The notes under the pieces: generated by a model
Told to the model about the DNA's origin: nothing
Database searches by the model: none
Seen by the model: only the letters and a program-made list of their open reading frames with translations
In this document: positions 43,096 through 53,881 of the stretch, piece after piece
Layout: every line of letters begins with the position of its first letter
Position numbering within the stretch: position 1 is the stretch's first letter
Position numbers and translations under genes: made by a program
IMG/VR virus record: IMGVR_UViG_3300035145_002886
Reading direction: 5' to 3' (one strand)
Length of the DNA: 64,000 nucleotides
Source: a virus

Positions 43096-43946
43096 TAGAA
43101 TTCAAAATAGTCTTGTAGGATTAACTTATAATTTTCAACTTCACCAGTCTCTTGTTCTCTTTTTATGGCAGCATCAATTCTCTTAATAAATTCTGAACCG
43201 CAATCGGTTAGTGAAACTTCACCATTACGATAAGAAATCATCGGCTTTTTAAGAATCATTTTATAGTCAGTTCCTTTTCCGTTTTGTTTGATATTTTCGG
43301 CAAGTTCAAAATGACGTTCGTAGAAATGAATGTTATCTACATGGTGAAAGTACATGCCAGCTTCTAGATCTGGATATGTTTCTTTTAGAGTGTGGTAGAC
43401 ACTTTGATATAGGAATGAAAAGAAAGGCGCATCAAATGTAAGACCAAAGAAAATATCATTCGATCTCATTTGAACCTTCATGAATAGTCGATTATTACGA
43501 ATAAAAAAGTTTGAGTACAATGTACATACAAAATCTTTATTACCTTCAAATTGATATTCTGGTCGATTAAAGAACATGATTGCCTGTCTGGAGTTCTTAT
43601 CTTTTACGAGAGAATCAATTACCCAACCAAACTGTTGATTATTGATGACTAAGTTACCATAATTAGAATTGATCTCGTTAGTGTTTGGATTAGTTAGACT
43701 TTTCCAAAACTTAGAAAAGTAAGTAATATAGTCGACGTCTCGGTCTCTACGAAGATACCATGCTAGTTCACCGGCAAAATATTTAAAGTTAAATGGTCTG
43801 TCCTTAAAATCTGCGATAGGTTGTGATGGGTCAATGTCAAAAGAGGTCATTAGTGACTCTTTAACTTGTAGACCTCGAGGGCTTGACTCTGATTTATAGC
43901 CTTCGATTGCCTTGATTAAATCAATAAATGTATCTGAAAAATTCAT
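43095..43946 (-). CDS. thymidylate-synthase-fold dCMP hydroxymethylase-like enzyme (T4 gp42-like)
   Basis: SRQAI, KDFVCT, MRSNDIFFGLTFD (Asp where TS has Asn), HFYERH. Confidence 0.75.
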   Translation of the reverse strand: MNFSDTFIDLIKAIEGYKSESSPRGLQVKESLMTSFDIDPSQPIADFKDRPFNFKYFAGELAWYLRRDRDVDYITYFSKFWKSLTNPNTNEINSNYGNLVINNQQFGWVIDSLVKDKNSRQAIMFFNRPEYQFEGNKDFVCTLYSNFFIRNNRLFMKVQMRSNDIFFGLTFDAPFFSFLYQSVYHTLKETYPDLEAGMYFHHVDNIHFYERHFELAENIKQNGKGTDYKMILKKPMISYRNGEVSLTDCGSEFIKRIDAAIKREQETGEVENYKLILQDYFEF

Positions 43947-43968
43947 ATTGGATTATTTTAATCTTATA

Positions 43969-45984
43969 TTAAGATTTTAAGGTTAGTTTATCTTCTGCCT
44001 TGATTTTGTTAATTGAGTATGGCTTTTCTCTTGGCTCAATTTGATCAGTTAAGATAGCATCTGCAATAAGGTCTTCGACGTATTTTTGAATTGCTCTTTT
44101 AATTGGACGAGCACCAAATGCTGGGTCATAACCTTGATCGCAAATAAATTGCTTTGCTGCTTTATTGAACTTAAATGAGTAGCCCTCTTCAGACATCCTG
44201 TCGTTAAAGATGTCTAATTCAATGTCTACAATCTTTAGTACATTCTCATTTGAGAGTTGATCGAATAAGACAATATCGTCTAGCCTGTTTAAGAATTCTG
44301 GACTAAACTTATTCTTCAATTCTTTCTTAATGATTCCCTCCATCTTTGCGCTCTTTTCAGCGACTGTTGAAGAACTCTGGAATCCAATTCCTGTTCCAAA
44401 TTCAGCCAGCTTGCGGGCACCGACGTTTGATGTCATTACAATTACAGAATTAGTAAAGTCTACTACTCGACCATTAGAATCCGTCAAGCGGCCATCATCA
44501 AGAACTTGCAATAGAGTATTGAATACATCCGGATGGGCCTTCTCTATCTCATCAAATAGAATAACTGAGTGTGGCTTACGACGAACAGCTTCAGTTAACT
44601 GACCACCGTCTTCATGACCAACGTATCCTGGAGGAGAACCAATTAGACGAGAAACATTAAACTTCTCTTGGTATTCTGACATATCGATACGTACCATTGA
44701 ATCAGTATCTCCGAACATATATTCAGCAAGAGCCTTTACCGTTTCAGTTTTACCGACACCTGTAGGACCTAAGAACATAAATGAACCGACTGGCTTTTTA
44801 TGGCTACTTACACCCGTACGTGATCTTTTAATAACTGTTGAGAGTGCTTCTACTGCTTCGTCTTGACCGATGATTCTTTGCTTAAGTTCGTCAGCCATTG
44901 CTGCAATCATCTTCTTATCATCAACTCCCAATCTCTTCACTGGAATTCCAGTCTGCATTGAGATTGTCTCTGCAATTTCATTTACGTCAACCTTTCTACG
45001 GGTAGACTTAAGTGACTTTTCCCATTTTTCAGTCTCTTCAATAACCTGAGCCTCGATTGATAGTTGCTCGTCTCTAAGAGATGCTGCAAGTTCGTAGTCT
45101 TGTTCTGAGACCGCTGAGTCTTTCTTCAATTTAACGATTTGTGCGTCTTTCTCCAAGTTCTTAATCTTTACCGGAACTTTTACCTCTAATAGATGTGTAC
45201 GTGCACCGGCCTCGTCCATTAGGTCAATTGCTTTATCAGGCAATTCTCTTTGCTTAATGTATCGCTCGCTCATTTTAACACATGCTTCAAGAGCATCTGC
45301 AGAATATTCAACGGCATGGTGCTCTTCATATTTGTGCTTGATTCGATCAAGAATTTCAATAGTTTCTTCTATTGACGGTGGATCAATAAAGATTTCTTGG
45401 AATCGGCGGGTAAGTGCACCGTCGTCTTCAATATTCTCACGATATTCGTCAAGCGTAGTTGCACCAATACATTGTACTTGGCCCCTTGCTAGTGCAGGTT
45501 TTAGAATATTAGAAGCATCAAGAGCTCCACTAACACCACCGGCACCGACAATTGTATGAATCTCATCGATGAATACGATCACATCTTTAGCAGTTTTTAG
45601 CTCATCAACGATTTGCTTCATTCTCTCTTCAAATTCTCCACGATACTTGGTTCCTGCAACGATTGTAGTCATGTTAATCGAAACAACCCGCTTATTTAGA
45701 AGAACACGAGCAACCTTCTTGCTTACGATTCTCTGAGCGATAGCTTCTACAATCGCAGTCTTACCAACTCCTGGATCACCAAGAATAATTGGATTGTTCT
45801 TTTTTCTTCGAGCAAGAATCTGACAGATTCTATAGATTTCTTTGTCCCTTCCTATAATTGGATCCAGCTTTCCTTCAGCCGCCATCTTAGTTAGGTCTTC
45901 ACCATACTCATCAAGAAAAGGTGTTGAGGTTTTCTTACCTCTCTTTCTGCCTTTTTCGTTTTCGTATCCGTCTGCTAATGACAT
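43969..45984 (-). CDS. clpC: ClpC-like AAA+ ATPase lacking the N-terminal domain
   Basis: Two Walker A motifs (GDPGVGKT, GPTGVGKT), UVR/M-domain QDYELAASLRD, IGF loop. Confidence 0.9.
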   Translation of the reverse strand: MSLADGYENEKGRKRGKKTSTPFLDEYGEDLTKMAAEGKLDPIIGRDKEIYRICQILARRKKNNPIILGDPGVGKTAIVEAIAQRIVSKKVARVLLNKRVVSINMTTIVAGTKYRGEFEERMKQIVDELKTAKDVIVFIDEIHTIVGAGGVSGALDASNILKPALARGQVQCIGATTLDEYRENIEDDGALTRRFQEIFIDPPSIEETIEILDRIKHKYEEHHAVEYSADALEACVKMSERYIKQRELPDKAIDLMDEAGARTHLLEVKVPVKIKNLEKDAQIVKLKKDSAVSEQDYELAASLRDEQLSIEAQVIEETEKWEKSLKSTRRKVDVNEIAETISMQTGIPVKRLGVDDKKMIAAMADELKQRIIGQDEAVEALSTVIKRSRTGVSSHKKPVGSFMFLGPTGVGKTETVKALAEYMFGDTDSMVRIDMSEYQEKFNVSRLIGSPPGYVGHEDGGQLTEAVRRKPHSVILFDEIEKAHPDVFNTLLQVLDDGRLTDSNGRVVDFTNSVIVMTSNVGARKLAEFGTGIGFQSSSTVAEKSAKMEGIIKKELKNKFSPEFLNRLDDIVLFDQLSNENVLKIVDIELDIFNDRMSEEGYSFKFNKAAKQFICDQGYDPAFGARPIKRAIQKYVEDLIADAILTDQIEPREKPYSINKIKAEDKLTLKS

Positions 45985-46046
45985 ATGTTAGTTTAGTTAT
46001 TTCTTTTTCTCTATTATTTATCAAGTATTATATATGAAGATCTCGA

Positions 46047-46502
46047 TTAGTTTACAATCGTGTCTGCTGCATAAACTGCTGGTAAAAGCTCAGGTTTTAC
46101 CCTTGCCTTAAACCCGAGAGATTCAACATATCCTACCGCTGCCTTTACCAGTCTGTTTGACTCGTGAATAGGATCAATATTGTAGTCAAGGTCAATTGTA
46201 TCAATTTCAATCCCGCTTTCTCGTAAATATAGGGCAGCCGCCACAGAAAGTTCAGTCTCTTTCCACAACCGGTTCCACATATCTCTGATAACTGGAACTA
46301 CCTCTTTTTTGTAGATGATATGACATCCTGACGATTCAACGTGAAAGACAAGCGTTGTTGCATATGTCGTCTTGTCTGCCTTTGTTTGGCTATCACATCC
46401 CAGATACATCTTTACGCCATAATCTTTATGCGTATCTAAGTATTCATTTGTGTACTTTGCTAGGTCAAATTGTTCCCTACTAGTCAACTTTTTAAATTTC
46501 AT
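46047..46502 (-). CDS. RNase H-like YkuK/DUF458 family protein
   Basis: YLGCDSQ, RLWKE, LDYN, AAD. Confidence 0.7.
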   Translation of the reverse strand: MKFKKLTSREQFDLAKYTNEYLDTHKDYGVKMYLGCDSQTKADKTTYATTLVFHVESSGCHIIYKKEVVPVIRDMWNRLWKETELSVAAALYLRESGIEIDTIDLDYNIDPIHESNRLVKAAVGYVESLGFKARVKPELLPAVYAADTIVN

Positions 46503-46517
46503 CCTCTCTAAATTATT

Positions 46518-46541
46518 TAAGGGAGCCAAAAGACTCCCTTA
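46518..46541. terminator. hairpin, possible terminator
   Basis: TAAGGGAG...CTCCCTTA. Confidence 0.5.
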
Positions 46542-46568
46542 AACCAGGTCATCTTATGTCTCTAATTA

Positions 46569-47672
46569 TTAAATCTCCGTGCTATACAATTCACCTAAGA
46601 ATTCAGGAGTAATATTCTTTAGGGTTTCAATAAACAATTCAATTGCATTCTCTACATCGTTGGTGTGAGCCATTTCAACAGTCGTGTGCATATACTTTAG
46701 CGGCGTCGAAATAATCGCAGTTGGTGTATTCTCCAAAAAGAATGCCATTGTATCATTTCCATACGACCCAACCTCAAGCTGGAGCGGTATGTTATTATCT
46801 GCTGCCGTAGTTCGTACAAGTTGGTTGATTGCTCGATGATTCTGCGCAGTGTATTGAATTGTTGGTCCATCTCCTCCATTGATTTCGCCTTCTTTCGACT
46901 TATCCATTCTTGGAGCATTTGTATTATGACATACATCGTGGACTAGTGCTAGATCTGCTCCTAATCTTTTCGCAATCATCTTAGCACCATAGAGACCAAC
47001 CTCTTCCTGTACAGAATTTACAATATATAAATCAAACCAAAAATTAAGGCCTCTCTCGTTAATTCTCTTAGCCACCTCGGCAATAATATAACCTCCAATC
47101 TTATTATCAAGCGATCGACCCGTCCAATAGTCTCCAATTTTACGGAGAGGATCGTTGAATGTGATGAGGTTCCCAACTTCAACTCCAGCTGATAAAACAT
47201 CATCTTTATCCTTAAGGCCAAGGTCTACCCAAAGCTCATGCTGATCAGGTCCCTCTTCAACATATTTCTTACGAGTATGAATTGCTGGCCATCCAAACAC
47301 TCCATTAACAGATCTACCGTCATGTGTATGTACTACTACATCCTTTGAAGGTGCAATCATATTATCGCTACCGCCATGTCTTTTAACACGTAAGAATCCG
47401 TCCTTTTCGATATGTGTTACAATCCATGCAATTTCATCAGCATGTGCTTCAATAACTATTTTCGCAGGATTTCGAACCGGTTGTCCACTCTTTGGTTTAC
47501 CATATACACTAGCAACCACCGTTCCATAAGGATCCTTTTCCACCCGATCAACATACTTTGATACTTCACGTGCCCAAATCTTTTGACCTTCAGTCTCTTG
47601 TCCGACTGGAGCATATGCATTGAGGTATCTATAGATGAATGGAATTTCTTTTACTTGTTCTTCGCTTCTCAT
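46569..47672 (-). CDS. M42 family aminopeptidase
   Basis: AHADEI, LDNK, QEEVGLYGA, HDV, YMHT. Confidence 0.88.
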   Translation of the reverse strand: MRSEEQVKEIPFIYRYLNAYAPVGQETEGQKIWAREVSKYVDRVEKDPYGTVVASVYGKPKSGQPVRNPAKIVIEAHADEIAWIVTHIEKDGFLRVKRHGGSDNMIAPSKDVVVHTHDGRSVNGVFGWPAIHTRKKYVEEGPDQHELWVDLGLKDKDDVLSAGVEVGNLITFNDPLRKIGDYWTGRSLDNKIGGYIIAEVAKRINERGLNFWFDLYIVNSVQEEVGLYGAKMIAKRLGADLALVHDVCHNTNAPRMDKSKEGEINGGDGPTIQYTAQNHRAINQLVRTTAADNNIPLQLEVGSYGNDTMAFFLENTPTAIISTPLKYMHTTVEMAHTNDVENAIELFIETLKNITPEFLGELYSTEI

Positions 47673-48334
47673 TAGAAATTAGTTTCGTTCTCTTGTCTAT
47701 ATTTATTGTGGTATTCGGTGATCTTCTCTACTGCCTCTTCTGCCGTATCAACTACTCTGAAAAGGTCAAAATCACTTTGCTTAATCGCGCCGTTTGTCCA
47801 TAGGGTATTTTGCATCCAATCAACTAGACCTGACCAGTACTTCTTTCCAACTAGTATAACTGGAAAGTCTGGAGCATGACCAGTTTGTGCAAGCGTTAGG
47901 GTCTCGAAAAGTTCATCAAGAGTTCCCAATCCTCCTGGAAATACTACAAACGCTTGTGAATATTTAAGGAACATTACTTTTCGGGTAAAGAAGTATCGAT
48001 TCTCGACTCCAACCTTAACGTATTCATTCATGCTTGCCTCGAATGGTAGCTCGATTCCAACGCCAACTGAAAGACCTTCCGCATCTACTGCCCCTTTATT
48101 AGCCGCTTCCATAATTCCAGGACCTCCTCCGGTAATTACGCCAAATCCAGCCTCGGTAATAAGTCTACCAAACTTTTCAGCCTCTTTGTAATGTGGATTA
48201 TCTTTATCTGTCCGGGCAGATCCAAATACAGAAACACATGCCGGCAAATCATTAAACGTATCGAATCCTTTAGTGAATTCTCCTTGGATCCGCAAGATTT
48301 GCCACGTGTCCTCAGTTTTTTTCTTCAAGCTCAT
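47672..48334 (-). CDS. LOG family nucleotide phosphoribohydrolase
   Basis: VFGSAR, TGGGPGIMEAAN, PGGLGTLDE. Confidence 0.9.
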   Translation of the reverse strand: MSLKKKTEDTWQILRIQGEFTKGFDTFNDLPACVSVFGSARTDKDNPHYKEAEKFGRLITEAGFGVITGGGPGIMEAANKGAVDAEGLSVGVGIELPFEASMNEYVKVGVENRYFFTRKVMFLKYSQAFVVFPGGLGTLDELFETLTLAQTGHAPDFPVILVGKKYWSGLVDWMQNTLWTNGAIKQSDFDLFRVVDTAEEAVEKITEYHNKYRQENETNF

Positions 48335-48578
48335 GTAGGTCTTTTAAAAGGGTTGAATAAACATCTTCACATGATTCAAAATAAAACACGTCAGTAAACT
48401 GATTCATGTTGTCATACTTTGAATGTAAATACTGACCAAATCTAAGGTCATTAGAATCCCTACCGTCGCCGTTCTTTAGCGACCAGTTAAGGTATTCTCC
48501 ATTAAGCCTGCTCCAATCTAGTTGCATATCTTTTAAATTAAAAATGGGACTTCCAGATATTATATCTGAAAGTCCCAT
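48312..48578 (-). CDS. hypothetical protein
   Basis: LRFGQYL motif; start uncertain. Confidence 0.55.
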   Translation of the reverse strand: MGLSDIISGSPIFNLKDMQLDWSRLNGEYLNWSLKNGDGRDSNDLRFGQYLHSKYDNMNQFTDVFYFESCEDVYSTLLKDLHELEEKN

Positions 48579-48614
48579 AAAGTTTATGAGTTAGACCTAA
48601 TTAATTTATATATC

Positions 48615-48830
48615 TTATAATTCTGCTAAATCGTTTATCTCAGCTATTATTTCACTACTGTCTTTTCTTGGGCTATAAATTTGATCCCATAGAGATCTAT
48701 TACTTCCATCTGTAGCATCTTGTGACTTCGCCCATCTTTTACCTCTTTCAAAATCTTCAAGATTCCATTCTAGAGGACCTTCAAGATCCTTAGTAAACTT
48801 TCTTCTAATGCTTCTAATTAGTTTTTTCAT
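48615..48830 (-). CDS. hypothetical protein
   Basis: 71-aa ORF. Confidence 0.55.
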   Translation of the reverse strand: MKKLIRSIRRKFTKDLEGPLEWNLEDFERGKRWAKSQDATDGSNRSLWDQIYSPRKDSSEIIAEINDLAEL

Positions 48831-48841
48831 ATTGTTGTTTA

Positions 48842-49921
48842 TTAATTTGATAGCGGTGCTTTAATTACTGGATGTGATTTATAATCAACTAATTCAAAAT
48901 CATACACGGTATAGCCGTCAAACATGCTTCTAGTGAATGAATCGCCATCGTTACCGATTTCGATATTGTTAATTAAAATTCTCGGTAATTCATATGATTC
49001 TCTTGAGATCTGCTCTTTTGCTTGTTCAATATGATTCTTATACAAGTGAACATCTCCTAAATTACCAATTAATTCATCGGGAATCATATTAACCTCTTTT
49101 GCTATAATTTCAAGCAGGAGGCCATACGAAGCAATATTAAATGGAAGGCCTAAAAACGTATCTACTGAACGTTGATTCCACATTAAAGAGATTGCTCGTT
49201 TAGGTACACCATAAGGTCTGAAAAACTCATCCATAGAAAACTCAACACTAGGGTCTCTCATCGGTAAAACTACATTACTTCTATTTTGCTTCATCCAAGA
49301 TAACCTTTCCTCATCACTCAACTCTCTTGTATAAACTTGAAATCCGTAGTGACAAGGCGGCAGTGTCATTTTGTCCAATTCTCCAGGATTCCAAGCACTA
49401 ACCATCAATCGTCTACTATCTGGGTTTGTTTTTAGTTCACCAATTAGGTCTTGAATTTGGTCAATACTAACACTATCAGTTTTCCATCTTCTCCATTGTT
49501 TACCATAGATAGGACCCAACTCACCCCACTTCTCTGCAAACTCATCATCTGTTTTAATTTTGTCGATGAATTTTTCTTTTGTTAATCTACCTCCATGAAA
49601 TCCATGTCCAATAGCATCTGCTAATTTTTGGTTTTTTTCTTTATAATTCTTATATGCATCACCATTCCAAATGTTACATCCATTATCAACCAAATATTTT
49701 ATGTTGGTATCTCCTCTTAAGAACCACAGTAACTCAGTTACCATAGTTTTAAATGCCATTTTCTTAGTGGTTAATAGAGGAAAACCATCCTGCATATTAT
49801 GACGAATCTGCTCACCAAAAATTGATATGGTGCCAGTTCCTGTCCTGTCTGATTTCTCAACACCGGTTCCTAGAATTAATTCCAATAACCTTTGATACTC
49901 TTTATCTAATTGATTCGCCAT
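48842..49921 (-). CDS. thyA: thymidylate synthase
   Basis: DRTGTGT, ELLWFL, PDSRR, LPPCH, QRSVDTFLGLPFN. Confidence 0.95.
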   Translation of the reverse strand: MANQLDKEYQRLLELILGTGVEKSDRTGTGTISIFGEQIRHNMQDGFPLLTTKKMAFKTMVTELLWFLRGDTNIKYLVDNGCNIWNGDAYKNYKEKNQKLADAIGHGFHGGRLTKEKFIDKIKTDDEFAEKWGELGPIYGKQWRRWKTDSVSIDQIQDLIGELKTNPDSRRLMVSAWNPGELDKMTLPPCHYGFQVYTRELSDEERLSWMKQNRSNVVLPMRDPSVEFSMDEFFRPYGVPKRAISLMWNQRSVDTFLGLPFNIASYGLLLEIIAKEVNMIPDELIGNLGDVHLYKNHIEQAKEQISRESYELPRILINNIEIGNDGDSFTRSMFDGYTVYDFELVDYKSHPVIKAPLSN

Positions 49922-50193
49922 TATCCTTCGTATTTAAATTCCTCGCCCTGCTCGAAATCATCCATTCCATATGAAGATAGCATTTCATATAGAGTATCGT
50001 AAACCTCTTCGTACTCTTCTCCTGGATCGTCTGACCAGCCTACGCCTTCAATGAAGATGTACATGTTGGTTCCTTTAGAGTTCTCATTGTACCTAAAATC
50101 GTAATCAGTTCCATTGACTTCGAATGTTCCTTCATGTGTTGTGTCCCACCATACTTCACGAGGTGCTTCAATAACTTTAATTTTTGCGCTCAT
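49921..50193 (-). CDS. acidic hypothetical protein
   Basis: 90-aa ORF, very D/E-rich. Confidence 0.6.
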   Translation of the reverse strand: MSAKIKVIEAPREVWWDTTHEGTFEVNGTDYDFRYNENSKGTNMYIFIEGVGWSDDPGEEYEEVYDTLYEMLSSYGMDDFEQGEEFKYEG

Positions 50194-50411
50194 TTATTTT
50201 TGGTATTTAAAGATTCAAGTAAAACATCAACATACTCGGTAAATCCTTCTTTCTGGAAGGCTTTAATCGAGATTAGCAACTCCTCTTTCGAGCTTGCATT
50301 TGCCCATTCTTTGATCTCATTGATATTATTATCAAAATGTTCGATCACTTTGGCTGGGTTAACCATTGAGATTAGCATCTCTTCACGTTCAATCTGACTG
50401 TTGTCAATCAT
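50190..50411 (-). CDS. hypothetical protein
   Basis: 73-aa ORF with ATGA-type overlap. Confidence 0.55.
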   Translation of the reverse strand: MIDNSQIEREEMLISMVNPAKVIEHFDNNINEIKEWANASSKEELLISIKAFQKEGFTEYVDVLLESLNTKNK

Positions 50412-50417
50412 TTGTTT

Positions 50418-50741
50418 TTAGTTTTTAATAAATGGATTGTGTATAATTTTAAAGGATTCGTGACCTGGTTTAGTTTTTGCAGGCTCGATCCATCCGAGTT
50501 CTAAAAGTTTTTGAATTGACTCTGCTGCATTTTCAACGTTACCATTTGAGTGGTAGTTGAAAAAGCCCTTCTGACCAAAGGTGTCTTTTTGTCGATCAGG
50601 TCTACGAATGGCCTGGTTAATTATTACCCACAGGACATCCATATGATCTGGGTAGGAAGGCAATTCTTCGTGAATGCCTAAAATATATTTGATAGGAATC
50701 ATGTCGTCATCGATACGACGTAGATCTTTTTCTGCTAACAT
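50418..50741 (-). CDS. hypothetical protein (possible winged helix)
   Basis: IQKLLELGWIE. Confidence 0.55.
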   Translation of the reverse strand: MLAEKDLRRIDDDMIPIKYILGIHEELPSYPDHMDVLWVIINQAIRRPDRQKDTFGQKGFFNYHSNGNVENAAESIQKLLELGWIEPAKTKPGHESFKIIHNPFIKN

Positions 50742-51208
50742 TAGTAACCTCTTTTTTGACGAGCCTTATTTTCTTCGGCTTTTGCAAAATAGTAATTATA
50801 TGCAGTACGAGCATCTAGACCGATTGATGCAGCATAGTTAATGAAGAAGTGTAGAATGTCTACCCACTCCATATAGAGCTCTTTCTTGTCGTCTTCGCTC
50901 AAGTCAGATACTTTCATATTCTCATATTTTGAGAAGTCGGTCTTCCAATACTTCCAAATGGCATTACCACTACCGTCTTTGATACCTCCAAGGGCATCTG
51001 TCATTTCATGAATCTCATCAATTACGGCATGTGTATTTGTGTGCCAGAAATTCATTACATCACGGAGCGACATGTCTTCAAAGTTAAAACCGTAAGTCTG
51101 CTCTTGCATCTCTTTTTGATGCTCCATAATATCAGCCAAATGGGTTGTTGACTCGTCATAAAAGTCTTTAACCTCAAGGTCTTTACATTGATTATCTATA
51201 TTTGCCAT
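50741..51208 (-). CDS. dCTPase/dUTPase (T4 gp56-like, all-alpha)
   Basis: IDEIHE, AIWKYWK, MEWVDILHF, ENKARQKRGY; parallels gp56 DDEFRE, AVWKKWK, ELVDIFHF, RQDNGY. Confidence 0.82.
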   Translation of the reverse strand: MANIDNQCKDLEVKDFYDESTTHLADIMEHQKEMQEQTYGFNFEDMSLRDVMNFWHTNTHAVIDEIHEMTDALGGIKDGSGNAIWKYWKTDFSKYENMKVSDLSEDDKKELYMEWVDILHFFINYAASIGLDARTAYNYYFAKAEENKARQKRGY

Positions 51209-51236
51209 ATTAATTTATTACTTTATTATTTTATTC

Positions 51237-51968
51237 TTACTTTAAGATTTGTTTCTCAATATATTGCTTATATGTAAAATCTTTTCGGTTCCAAGCTGAC
51301 TTTAATTTATCATGTACTGTACATTCAAGTCCTACACTTTCGATCCATCTAAAATATTCCATTGTATCTTGTTTAGCAATATCGCTTTCCCACCAGGATG
51401 CGGCTGTTGTACTTTGATTTCCTCCAATTTTAAATCCATCTACGATATCCAATACAATTCCTAAAATAAGCGTATGATAAAAATAGATTACGTCATCTCC
51501 ATGAAAGATTTTCATCTCCTCAGGTATTTTTATCCAGTTCTCTTTCTTAAAAAGCATAAACTGCCCAAACCCAAAAGGTCTCTTGTTTGGGTTATTCCAC
51601 GGAACAAGAGCAATTGTATCTCTTTCTGGATTCCTGTTTAGATGGCTAAAGCCTACAAAATCCGGTTTTTCTTTACAAATAAAACCGTGAAGAGTTTTAA
51701 GATCAATATGAATATCATCATTGAGAAGGCAAACATACTCTGTGGTTGCCAATTCAACTCCTAAGTTCCATGCAGGGTTAACAAATGAATTATATCCCAT
51801 ATTGATGATATCGATCCCATCTCCCGTTACTACCACTGTATCACTATACTTAGACGCATTATTTATGATTATGAGCCTAGCATCTTTATCATCTATCTTC
51901 TTGAATTCTTCAATAGTTGAAAAGATATTCTTATCCTTCCAAAGAGTTGGTATTACGTATGTTATCAT
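51237..51968 (-). CDS. GT2 glycosyltransferase
   Basis: VIPT, IINN, AWNLG, LLNDD, HGDD. Confidence 0.78.
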   Translation of the reverse strand: MITYVIPTLWKDKNIFSTIEEFKKIDDKDARLIIINNASKYSDTVVVTGDGIDIINMGYNSFVNPAWNLGVELATTEYVCLLNDDIHIDLKTLHGFICKEKPDFVGFSHLNRNPERDTIALVPWNNPNKRPFGFGQFMLFKKENWIKIPEEMKIFHGDDVIYFYHTLILGIVLDIVDGFKIGGNQSTTAASWWESDIAKQDTMEYFRWIESVGLECTVHDKLKSAWNRKDFTYKQYIEKQILK

Positions 51969-51980
51969 TATATGTTATTA

Positions 51981-53174
51981 TTAGAATAACTTATTACTAG
52001 TGTATTCAACAGGAGCATCTGTTTCACATGATTCTCCTACCCTCTCTTTACTGATCGGCGCATTTGACCGATTAAGAGCCATTTTCTTGCTTTCTCGAAG
52101 TCTCAAGAAAACACCAAACTGACAACAGCTAATTTCGCATCCAAATGTTGTAAACCGCCCAGTCTCCGATACCTCATTGACAATATCTTTATTTACGCCT
52201 GTAAAGTCAAAGAATTCGACTTGGTTGTCTCTAATCCAGTTAATTAATTTTGCACCAACATAAGAATTAATAGAGAATCCAAGATGCTCGTAGAACCAGT
52301 TAACTGCAATCATTGCTCCAACCCCAGGTGCTACGAAGTCATCATCTTCACTCAGATTTCCAGTAAGGGCTCCCTCTCTTAATAGATCTGATGTTCCTAT
52401 TTCTGGCATCCGTGCAAGGTTTGTACTGAAGTGATATCCATAATAGTTTCCAATTCCTCTAAAAGAGGTCAAGAACTTAAATGACTCTTCCATCGTTGGT
52501 TTAGTTGCATAGAACTCAGCAAAACGAGGGCCTAGCATAGTAAACCAATATATCATATCACTTACTCTACTCTGTCTAGTTGGTTCAACCGGTTTATTTA
52601 AGAGTCGATCATATGGAGTCTCAATTACTCGAGTATAATTTCTCGATTCAGTTTGTAGACTGGTTCTCAGCTCGGTTGTGCCGTATATCTTCTCTCCTCT
52701 TCTTGAAGCAGATTCAATGTTATTCATTATCTTGAGAAGGTACTCCTCGTCGTTAACTAGTGAATCGTAAACAATATGGTCTGCTCCAGTATCTTGTGTA
52801 ATTATATTGATTGTATTCGAAGGTCCATAAAACTTTACAATTGCTGCGTTTATCAGCTTATCGGAAAAAGTACAGTCCTTGTTATAGAATACATTCTCAT
52901 TCAGCCATATAATTTCATCATGGAATGAACGGTTTGGGTGAAAATAGGGAACTGATCTGCCCTCTACTATAAAACCCGTCCCAAAAAAGTCATGGTCAGA
53001 TTCATGCTCAAACTGGTCGAATTCGATTTCTTTCTTAAATCGGACCAGGTATTCTCGCCTGTTCATCTCATGGATAAACTTTTGAATATCCTTAACCTTC
53101 TTTTCTGGGATAAGTTCGTACAGCTCTCTTCCCGAGAGAGCTAACATTTCTTTATTGTTCTTCGGTTTGGCCAT
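51981..53174 (-). CDS. aGPT-Pplase1-like (HhH-fold) DNA base-modifying transferase
   Basis: FRGIGNYYGYH.STNL...DDDFVAPGVGA...E.SCCQF. Confidence 0.6.
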   Translation of the reverse strand: MAKPKNNKEMLALSGRELYELIPEKKVKDIQKFIHEMNRREYLVRFKKEIEFDQFEHESDHDFFGTGFIVEGRSVPYFHPNRSFHDEIIWLNENVFYNKDCTFSDKLINAAIVKFYGPSNTINIITQDTGADHIVYDSLVNDEEYLLKIMNNIESASRRGEKIYGTTELRTSLQTESRNYTRVIETPYDRLLNKPVEPTRQSRVSDMIYWFTMLGPRFAEFYATKPTMEESFKFLTSFRGIGNYYGYHFSTNLARMPEIGTSDLLREGALTGNLSEDDDFVAPGVGAMIAVNWFYEHLGFSINSYVGAKLINWIRDNQVEFFDFTGVNKDIVNEVSETGRFTTFGCEISCCQFGVFLRLRESKKMALNRSNAPISKERVGESCETDAPVEYTSNKLF

Positions 53175-53880
53175 CTTTGTTGTCTTTCATAAAAAAGCAA
53201 TCATAGCCAGATATATGTTGGAATACTATCAATGGTTCTATTCGATGGATTGGATAGATTTCTTTTAATCTCTCAACGGTAGGATCCATTAATGGTTTAT
53301 ATTTACCTGCATGTAACTCGATGAAGAGGACGTCTGGTGCGTACTTAATAATCTCGTCCATCATATGGTACTCTGCGGTTTCAATATCTATTTTAATGAT
53401 GTCTGGCTTATACTTTCTAATTAATTTAGTATACTTAACATTTTCAACTTCATCATACTCGCTAAAGTTTCTGTTTTTACCACCAACTATCGTAGTTGAA
53501 CAATGCTTATTATTACTTCCACTCTTGAAAATCTTCAGAGTCTTACTCTTAAGCATTGAAACTGCCGCAGGAATCAGCTCAAAATGTTTTTTATCGTATT
53601 TACCAAGGGAATTGTTTTCAATAATTGAAACATTTCTTGGGTCGCATTCTACTGCGATTACCTTTTTAGCTCCCTGGTCTAGAGCAATTTTACTAAATGC
53701 TCCAATGTTAGAACCCAAGTCAAGACATACCTTTCCAGTATAGTCAACTTCAGGAATTCTGTAATTTGCAATAGACTCCTGAATCATGTTCTTGTCTACG
53801 CCTTCTTGCCCTCCAAGATCGACATACATTCGATCTCGTAAAGGTCTTAATTGCTTTCTTATGTCTTGTCCTGCGCTCAT
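53152..53880 (-). CDS. FkbM-family SAM methyltransferase
   Basis: LDLGSNIGAF, AVE, AAV, IKIDIE. Confidence 0.8.
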   Translation of the reverse strand: MSAGQDIRKQLRPLRDRMYVDLGGQEGVDKNMIQESIANYRIPEVDYTGKVCLDLGSNIGAFSKIALDQGAKKVIAVECDPRNVSIIENNSLGKYDKKHFELIPAAVSMLKSKTLKIFKSGSNNKHCSTTIVGGKNRNFSEYDEVENVKYTKLIRKYKPDIIKIDIETAEYHMMDEIIKYAPDVLFIELHAGKYKPLMDPTVERLKEIYPIHRIEPLIVFQHISGYDCFFMKDNKDGQTEEQ

Positions 53881-53881
53881 C